Below are positions 58,701-64,000 of a stretch of 64,000 nucleotides of DNA, in pieces (position 1 is the first letter of the stretch; each line of letters starts with the position of its first letter). Origin of the DNA: Bacteroidota bacterium (GTDB lineage Bacteria; Bacteroidota; Ignavibacteria; UBA10030; SZUA-254); assembly GCA_035518715.1 (NCBI GenBank), contig DATIXJ010000015.1, positions 65,445 through 129,444 on the forward strand, in the 5' to 3' direction. Under the pieces are notes generated by a model. The model made no database searches. It saw only the letters and a list, made by a program, of their open reading frames with translations, and was not told the DNA's origin. The position numbers were made by a program, and so were the translations under genes.

Positions 58701-59252
58701 GGGCTGACGGCATTTGCGACAAACACTGAACGGACATACGGCAGGGAGCAGTCGTTCCGGCTAAGGTGGCAATTCATGAAGGAATTGTCGAATCAGATCG
58801 ATTACGCTGCGACGATCAATAATCTGGTGTCGAATGAACCCAGCGATCGAGTTCGAAATATCACTTCCAACAATCTCCAGTGGAGCTGGACGTATCGTCC
58901 TCAGCAGGATATCGAAGTGGTTTTTGGATTTGGCGTCGGGAGGGCGATCAATTTTGACACGACGAACGTGAGGTTGAACAATCAGACGATTCGTTTGACA
59001 TACGGGATGGCGGGAACGGGGCAGGTGGCGGCGGAATTCACAAGAGAGGAGGCGATATTCAATTCGAATCCGACGTTTGTGCCGTTCGAACTGACAAACG
59101 GCTGGTCGGACGGCAAGTCTTGGGTCTGGCGCGTCAGCTGGAATCACCAGATCACGCGACTCTTGCAGGCGACAGCCCAGTACGACGGTCGGAGTGAAGG
59201 CGGCGGCACGCCAGTTCATACGGCACGGGCTGAAGTTAGAGCAATGTTCTAA
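55728..59252 (+). CDS. very large (1174 aa) predicted outer-membrane beta-barrel protein of unknown function
   Basis: Signal peptide, long runs of alternating strand pattern, and a C-terminal ...ARAEVRAMF. Conserved-looking block SGSLVRGFSVGTNRDLSLTSGFRMQMSGNL..ALTDENSPIQPEG. Confidence 0.7.
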   Translation: MRFINLITQSARIHIFFLLALGSASSFGQTSDSLSLGMLHHARFTISTQSDTAFPLPQRFVINGTESVRIDRSLLHPSIDYTLDTRTGILSVFSSSIRTHCPDTLHHTLDVMYRALPFDFKPVYRLHETILRVDTATGEREHVVQPGHSFSVDDLFGSNLQKSGSLVRGFSVGTNRDLSLTSGFRMQMSGNLTDDLQIVAALTDENSPIQPEGTTQTLQEVDKVFIQLRGNSVRATLGDFDLNLAGSEFGTLTRKLEGAEGSYRFQGSSVSSEILLTGAEPRGKYASNEFLGLDGVQGPYELVGQNSERTILVIAGTERVYVNGESMTRGEVNDYTIDYSNAEITFTAKRLISRSSRITIDFEYTDRQYNRTLLAAQSQTSIAGTKASLTVTAVQESDNENSPIDASLSSSDLDTLRNAGDDQRKASRDGVTFVGPGKGQYLLAGAFHDSAGGRNVTVPIYKFNPVDTANAVYSIVFSFVGPGNGYYRRITTFEYQFDSLRQGSYEPIRYLPMPQSHSLVDVHLKAAPIDHLQVTGEYSASQFDPNKFSTIGDDVHNGGAASFGLQYSSPEMRVGGTNFGSLDLGLKERYINHLFAPLGRLDAVEFNRTWNLPDSIGEDQLLHEATLTYRPVSSLILGSDIGRITEGDYSTSRYAFNGQITDGSIQDANCQLEDINTTDPANNLHASWLRENGTFQHGLGALLPRIRYSHELLLNHSASEDSLQQGSYQFNELIPGLMIGSMGGASFSADVGWEWDDSLAFQSLLRASHTFLQQYSGRLQGSESFTITLDLTLQKRTFTESFRARNNDDVNALLLRSQTHFAPISSGIETDLFYEAGTERTQKLERVFQQVPTGTGNYVYLGDVNGNHIVDPDDFQLSRFDGDYVLVTVPTDDLIPVIDVKTSARLRLTPSRMFDASSLSGRLLSAFSSESYFRVDEKNTDPDTKEIYLLHFSNFLNDQTTLSGENIFIQDLYVLENHPEFNLRFRFNQQKGLTAFATNTERTYGREQSFRLRWQFMKELSNQIDYAATINNLVSNEPSDRVRNITSNNLQWSWTYRPQQDIEVVFGFGVGRAINFDTTNVRLNNQTIRLTYGMAGTGQVAAEFTREEAIFNSNPTFVPFELTNGWSDGKSWVWRVSWNHQITRLLQATAQYDGRSEGGGTPVHTARAEVRAMF

Positions 59253-59396
59253 AATTTTGCTTTGAGCGGTTTCATTCCTCTGTCTTCGTGAAAATTCTCG
59301 CGGGCGTGTTTCACATTGTTTCACAAATGATTTATGTGTGAGAGCATCTGCATGCGTCCGCGCGCACGAAAAAAATTTATCGCGGTGATTTTTATC

Positions 59397-59425
59397 TTGC
59401 TTTTCAAAATGAAACTCCTTATAAT
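59397..59425 (+). promoter_or_regulatory. sigma70-type promoter (TTGCTT-N17-TATAAT) inside the 355-nt AT-rich spacer
   Basis: TTGCTT at 59397-59402, a 17-nt spacer, and a perfect TATAAT at 59420-59425. The first plausible downstream start codon is 175-250 nt away. Confidence 0.55.
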
Positions 59426-59682
59426 ACTCCGCGCAATTTTTCTTTCACGCTCTCAGCACGCAATTGTTCTCCAACCTGCACTTACCACAACTGTAAAGGG
59501 ATACGAATCGGGAGAAGGCATCACAGGAGTTTCCGCAAGAACAGTCTTTTGCTTATTTCAAATGTTGATTCATCTGATGAGTATCTTGAGACCACAATTT
59601 TCCGATTATGTTTGAACCTGTTGCAACACTGGATACTGCAAGGGTTGCAAGCGCGATAAAACGGAGGCAGAAAACCGACGGG

Positions 59683-60228
59683 ATGAAGGGCGGCAGCGGC
59701 GATTCGGAGGATGTGAAGGTCACAAAGGTCTATTGTACATCATTCGATTCGCGCATCGGAAGAATTTATGTCGCATCGACAGACCGTGGCGTCTGCAAAG
59801 TAAGCGTTCCTCGTGAAGCACGGAGAGATTTTTTCGACTGGCTGAAGCAGCGGTTCGATGTCGACGCGATAACGGACAATCGGGCACGCAACAAGGAAGT
59901 GATTGACCAGCTGGGGCGGTATTTCAATGGAACGCTGGCGAAATTTACGTGCCCTGTTGATCTTATCGGGACCCCGTTTCAGATTCGCGTTTGGAAGGAA
60001 TTGCTGAAAATTCCTTACGGCACGACGATTACGTACCGCTATCTGGCAAAACGGGTTTGTGCACCCAGTGCCTCGCAGGCAGTGGGAAGAGCCAACGGCG
60101 CCAATCCTCTGCCCATCATTGTTCCGTGTCACCGCGTCCTTGGATCGGACGGTTCACTCGTCGGCTATTCCTGCGGTATCAAGACCAAGGAATTTCTCCT
60201 GCGGCTTGAAGGAGCAATCCTCGTTTAA
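59683..60228 (+). CDS. ogt: methylated-DNA--protein-cysteine methyltransferase
   Basis: Active site IIVPCHRV, TYRYLA..G.P.A.RAVG-like SASQAVGRANGANP. The start is ambiguous (ATG 59608 or 59683). Confidence 0.9.
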   Translation: MKGGSGDSEDVKVTKVYCTSFDSRIGRIYVASTDRGVCKVSVPREARRDFFDWLKQRFDVDAITDNRARNKEVIDQLGRYFNGTLAKFTCPVDLIGTPFQIRVWKELLKIPYGTTITYRYLAKRVCAPSASQAVGRANGANPLPIIVPCHRVLGSDGSLVGYSCGIKTKEFLLRLEGAILV

Positions 60229-60360
60229 CCGGCAGGCGTAAAGAGCACAAATGCATCCCCCCGGAGTCGAGGGAGTCGTTGTGCCGCGCGCAGAAGAAAT
60301 TTCCTTTGGAGGTCTTGGAATTTTTTCCTACAATTGTCACGGATACGTTTTCCATCGCCG

Positions 60361-62574
60361 ATGACATTCCACCACGAAGTAAACTCCCAGCAGCAGGAAG
60401 CAATTCGCACCGTCGAAGGCCCCGTCATGGTTGTCGCCGGCCCCGGCAGCGGCAAAACCCGGGTCCTGACTTTTCGGATCGCGTACCTTATCCAGATCGG
60501 TGTTCCGGCCTACCAGATTCTTGCACTTACGTTTACCAATAAAGCCGCCAGTGAGATGCGGAACCGCATCGTCGGGCTCGTTGGCGAGAAGAGCCGGCAG
60601 CTTTGGATGGGTACGTTTCATTCCATTCTCGCCCGTATTCTCCGCGTGGAGGGGAAATCGCTCGGCTACGACAGCAATTTTTCCATCTACGACACTGCAG
60701 ACACTCTCGGTGTCATTAAACAGATCATGCACGAGTCGGGTATTTCGGCGCAGCAGTACAACCCTCAGGCGATCCGCTCGCGCATCAGCTCTGCCAAGAA
60801 TCAGTTTCTTCTCCCGGAAGAATTCGCCAGGCGGGCGGTGGACCTCTTTGAAGAAAAGAGTGCGCGAATCTACTCGGAATATGAGAAGCGGCTGAGAGGA
60901 AACAACGCTCTCGATTTCGATGACCTCCTGATCAAGCCGATCGATCTCTTCCATCATCATAAATCGATACTCCAGAAATATCAGGACCGTTTTCGCTTCA
61001 TCCTGATTGACGAGTATCAGGATACGAACCACGCTCAGTATGTACTGATCAAGCTTCTTGCCGACCGCTACCGCAATATCTGTGTCGTGGGTGATGATGC
61101 CCAGAGCATCTACGCATTCCGCGGAGCTGATATCCGGAATATTCTGGATTTTCAGCACGATTACCCCGACGCTAAAGTCATTCGTCTCGAACAGAATTAC
61201 CGCTCGACCAAGACGATTCTGGCCGCCGCCGACCAGGTCATCAAACATAATGTCGACCAGCTTTCCAAGAATCTCTGGACGGAAAACAGTGATGGCGACA
61301 AGATCACGCTCCTTGTCTGCCAGGACGATCGCGATGAAGGGGCGACCATCGTCAGCAGGATCTACCGTGAGTCGCTAAACCGGAAGCTCGACCTGAAGGA
61401 TTTCGCCGTTATGTACCGGACAAACGCACAATCGCGGGCGCTCGAAGATGCTTTTATGCAGCAGAGCGTGAGGTATGTGATCGTCGGCGGGGTGCGATTC
61501 TACGAGCGGAAAGAAATCAAGGACGTCATGGCGTACCTGCGATTGCTGGTGAACCCGCACGATGATGAGAGTTTTCTGCGGATCATTAATGTTCCGGGGA
61601 GAGGGCTGGGGAATGTGGCTGTCCAGCGTGTGCGATCATTTGCCGCGCATCATTCCATACCGTTGGTGCAAGCCTGTCGTCGTGCCGAAGAGATTACGAC
61701 ACTCCTTCCGAAGGCAAAAAAAGGCCTCCGCCTTCTTGCCGACCTCCTTGACAAATATTCCCACATGATGAAAGAAATGTCGGCGAGTGAGGTTTCGCGC
61801 GCGTTCGTCGACGAAATCGGGATCCTGCGATTGTTCAAGGAAGAAGGGACTCCCGAATCGATGGCGCGCTGGGAAAACGTGCAGGAACTTCTTACCGCGA
61901 TCACGGAATTCTGCATACAGCAGCCCGAAGCAACACTGGCAGCGTTCCTGCAGGATCAGGCGCTGCTCTCCGATACCGATCAGTGGGATGACAAACATAA
62001 CGCCGTTACGTTGATGACGCTTCACAGCGCCAAAGGGCTTGAGTTCCCGGTGGTTTTTATTGCGGGCCTGGAGGAAGGGTTGCTTCCGTTCTCCAATTCA
62101 TCGCAGCTTGATGCCAAACAGCTCGAAGAGGAACGCCGGCTCTATTATGTGGGACTCACACGCGCCATGCAAAAGCTTTACTTGAGCTATGCCCGTGTGC
62201 GCTTCCGGTTTTCTGAACTTTCGTACCAGTCTCCGTCGCGTTTCATCGATGAGATCGACCAGGAGCTCTTGGAATCGACAGGTCAAGCCCTGCAGGCTGC
62301 TTCGACGGAGCGCTGGTCGTTCCCGGCGGTACAATCCCGGCATCGGAAGAAAATCACCGACAGCGATGCACAGTATCATACCGATGTCGCCCCGGACTAT
62401 GATCACGATCAGGATGAACTGAAACCAGGGACTATGGTGGTCCATGAAATTTTTGGACGGGGAAAGGTTTTGCAGGTTACCGGAAGCGGTGATGCACTCA
62501 AGGCGGTTGTTGAATTTTCCTCTGCCGGAAAGAAAAATCTCCTTCTGAAATATGCGCGGCTGAGGCTCCTATGA
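60361..62574 (+). CDS. pcrA: ATP-dependent DNA helicase, UvrD/PcrA/Rep family
   Basis: Motif I AGPGSGKT, motif II ILIDEYQDTN, VGDDAQSIYAFRGA, QNYRS, and TLHSAKGLEF. Start is the internal ATG 60361. Confidence 0.95.
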   Translation: MTFHHEVNSQQQEAIRTVEGPVMVVAGPGSGKTRVLTFRIAYLIQIGVPAYQILALTFTNKAASEMRNRIVGLVGEKSRQLWMGTFHSILARILRVEGKSLGYDSNFSIYDTADTLGVIKQIMHESGISAQQYNPQAIRSRISSAKNQFLLPEEFARRAVDLFEEKSARIYSEYEKRLRGNNALDFDDLLIKPIDLFHHHKSILQKYQDRFRFILIDEYQDTNHAQYVLIKLLADRYRNICVVGDDAQSIYAFRGADIRNILDFQHDYPDAKVIRLEQNYRSTKTILAAADQVIKHNVDQLSKNLWTENSDGDKITLLVCQDDRDEGATIVSRIYRESLNRKLDLKDFAVMYRTNAQSRALEDAFMQQSVRYVIVGGVRFYERKEIKDVMAYLRLLVNPHDDESFLRIINVPGRGLGNVAVQRVRSFAAHHSIPLVQACRRAEEITTLLPKAKKGLRLLADLLDKYSHMMKEMSASEVSRAFVDEIGILRLFKEEGTPESMARWENVQELLTAITEFCIQQPEATLAAFLQDQALLSDTDQWDDKHNAVTLMTLHSAKGLEFPVVFIAGLEEGLLPFSNSSQLDAKQLEEERRLYYVGLTRAMQKLYLSYARVRFRFSELSYQSPSRFIDEIDQELLESTGQALQAASTERWSFPAVQSRHRKKITDSDAQYHTDVAPDYDHDQDELKPGTMVVHEIFGRGKVLQVTGSGDALKAVVEFSSAGKKNLLLKYARLRLL

Positions 62575-63434
62575 TCAGGCGGATTGGCCGGACGATAAGA
62601 TACTACGGGATCGGTATACATCGCAGAATGAGCGAAGAAAATGTCCTCTTTCTCGCTTCGGGAATCGCGTTCAATTGTCTTCTCTGCCTGCTTCCCCTGT
62701 TGCTCCTGCTCACCTCGCTTGTCGGCATGTTCCTTTCATCTCCACGCTTTCCCGCACAGAAGGTGGACGAGGTTCTCAACGCGATTTTTCCCCTCCAGCC
62801 GTATGCCCAGCAGATCAAGGCCTCGATCAAAGACATGCTCGAGGATATCGTCCGCTATAAACGGACCTTCGAAATCTCCGGTATCGGCGTTCTCATCTGG
62901 ACGGCCGCTTCGCTCTTCAGCTCCGTACGGACCGTCGTCAACAAGATCTACCGCTGCAGACCGACGAAAATGATGGTCCTCAACATCCTCGAAAATATCC
63001 TGCTGGTCGTCGGGCTGGGCATACTCTTTCTGGTTGCGAATGCCTTTACCTGGGTGCTTCTTCTGACCGACTCCCTCATAAAACAAATTCCGGGTCTGGA
63101 TTTCATCAACCTGAACGTGTCGACGAAGACCTTTCAGTCCATCACCTCTTTTCTTGCCGTCTTCATCATGTTTTATGGGATCAACAGATTCGTGCCGGAA
63201 GGGAAGATCGAGCCGAGAATCGCGCTTGCCGCATCGGTGACATCAGCATCATTGTGGTGGATAGCAGGGAAAGCGTTCGGATGGTACCTGACAGCTTTTC
63301 ATTCGTACAGCAAAGTCTATGGGACGTACGCATTCCTCCTTGTCTTTCTTGTCTGGATGTATTATTCGTCAGTCGTTTTTGTGGTGGGCGTGGTGGTCGG
63401 ACAGCTTCGGCGGGAACGACCTGTACCGCCGTAG
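62571..63434 (+). CDS. YihY/BrkB-family inner-membrane protein
   Basis: Six predicted TM segments. N-terminal ...LASGIAFNCLLCLLPLLLL typical of the YihY family. ATGA overlap with the helicase gene. Confidence 0.8.
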   Translation: MIRRIGRTIRYYGIGIHRRMSEENVLFLASGIAFNCLLCLLPLLLLLTSLVGMFLSSPRFPAQKVDEVLNAIFPLQPYAQQIKASIKDMLEDIVRYKRTFEISGIGVLIWTAASLFSSVRTVVNKIYRCRPTKMMVLNILENILLVVGLGILFLVANAFTWVLLLTDSLIKQIPGLDFINLNVSTKTFQSITSFLAVFIMFYGINRFVPEGKIEPRIALAASVTSASLWWIAGKAFGWYLTAFHSYSKVYGTYAFLLVFLVWMYYSSVVFVVGVVVGQLRRERPVPP

Positions 63435-63506
63435 CTTCATCTTGCTTATCACCGCGATCGTGAGTAGATTGAATGGGGAGAGATGTTCATTGACGCCGAG
63501 GTGCTT

Positions 63507-63740
63507 ATGGAGAATTTTGTAGTCGTAGCAACGTATTCCAGCCAGCTTGAAGCGGAGATTGCGCAAGCAGCTCTTGCCGAAGCCGAAATCGAGTCCTTCC
63601 TCAAATTTGACGACACCGGCGGCATGCTCCCACCTCTCCAGCTTGCGGCAGGAGTAAAACTCCTCGTCGAAAAAGCGGACGAACCCGACGCCCGCACGAT
63701 CCTGAGCGATCAAACGGGTAACGAGACCGGTCTGCAATAA
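63507..63740 (+). CDS. small DUF2007-like (putative signal-transducing) protein
   Basis: MENFVVVATYSSQLEAEIAQAALAEAEIESF pattern. The family call is tentative. Confidence 0.5.
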   Translation: MENFVVVATYSSQLEAEIAQAALAEAEIESFLKFDDTGGMLPPLQLAAGVKLLVEKADEPDARTILSDQTGNETGLQ

Positions 63741-63790
63741 TTCGCCCGGTCGTCATTGGTGTCCCAGTCCTCCGTGCGGGTCTTTTTCTC

Positions 63791-63819
63791 TTGACTCTCT
63801 CATTGACTTTCCCTAAGTT
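63791..63819 (+). promoter_or_regulatory. possible sigma70-type promoter (TTGACT-N17-TAAGTT)
   Basis: TTGACT at 63791-63796 and TAAGTT at 63814-63819, about 30 nt upstream of the permease start. Confidence 0.4.
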
Positions 63820-63849
63820 TCCGGTTCCAATTATGAATCCAATGACAAT

Positions 63850-64000
63850 ATGCTGAAACAGCTCTTCCGGACGAAGAACTTAGATGCTCTTCTGCATGAG
63901 TCTGAGGAACCGCAGCATCAGTTGAAGCGCGCGCTCGGCGCGTTCGATGTGGTAATGCTCGGCATCGGGGCGATCATCGGCGCGGGAATCTTTGCAACGA
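63850..64000 (+). CDS. amino-acid permease (APC superfamily), 5' fragment running off the window
   Basis: MLKQLFRTKNLDALL...LKRALGAFDVVMLGIGAIIGAGIFAT is the typical APC N-terminus and first TM helix. Confidence 0.8.
   Translation, partial: MLKQLFRTKNLDALLHESEEPQHQLKRALGAFDVVMLGIGAIIGAGIFAT

Noticed and set aside
59334-59615. A 93-aa ORF filling the AT-rich spacer upstream of ogt.
   Set aside because: It spans a consensus promoter, is dominated by codons forced by AT-rich sequence (Ile/Leu/Phe/Lys), and has no RBS. It is more likely non-coding.
251-61248. Many other long antisense or shadow ORFs: 251-937, 9620-10474, 13319-14242, 32713-33759, 35542-36447, 36344-37288, 41041-41937, 41769-42749, 50189-50950, 50895-51836, 53745-54467, 60337-61248.
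   Set aside because: Each lies opposite a gene with strong, recognisable motifs (gamma-CA/MBL, BamA-like, metG, mltD, ugd, uxs, SDR, FNR, flavin reductase, hmgA, hppD, helicase). Their translations are compositionally biased and carry no conserved signatures.
1-64000. CRISPR arrays, tandem repeat arrays, IS elements, and prophage or defence islands.
   Set aside because: Reading all intergenic spacers, the longest being about 350 nt, I found no repeat-spacer periodicity, terminal inverted repeats, or transposase/integrase/phage-like ORFs.

Overview
The window looks like a contiguous, gene-dense chromosomal core region. It is moderately GC-rich by eye and probably comes from an FCB-superphylum bacterium of Ignavibacteria/Chlorobi-like type. 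That placement is an inference from three things: a DUF4835/PorD-like gene, a PorV/PorQ-like barrel and a TonB receptor with a CarboxypepD_reg-type N-terminus, together with classical TTGACA-N17-TATAAT promoters. I support about 59 CDS, one of them truncated at the right edge, plus one tRNA-Ser(CGA), several sigma70-type promoters and several rho-independent terminators. I saw no CRISPR array, transposase, phage block or rRNA. Most genes are housekeeping: topA, xerC-like, hpf, hprK, holB, metG, mnmA, ybeY, uvrD/pcrA, ogt, cspA, ugd/uxs and a BamA/TamA-like OMP. The parts most worth a second look are these. (1) 44.9-47.7 kb holds a cysM-like gene, a JAMM protease and a single ORF that fuses a ThiS/MoaD-type ubiquitin-fold sulfur carrier (internal Gly-Gly) to its own E1-like adenylyltransferase and a rhodanese domain. 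A long leader with a terminator hairpin abutting the RBS precedes this operon. (2) A TatD hydrolase is fused to a small radical-SAM domain. (3) A lipoprotein chymotrypsin-fold protease is followed by a stand-alone paralog of its own N-terminal module. (4) A eukaryote-type PTPS (C-x5-HGH), folE and two SDRs form a probable tetrahydrobiopterin cluster about 10 kb from a homogentisate (Tyr/Phe) catabolic operon. (5) There are several large uncharacterised outer-membrane proteins. All functional calls come from motif recognition by eye, because no database search could be run.
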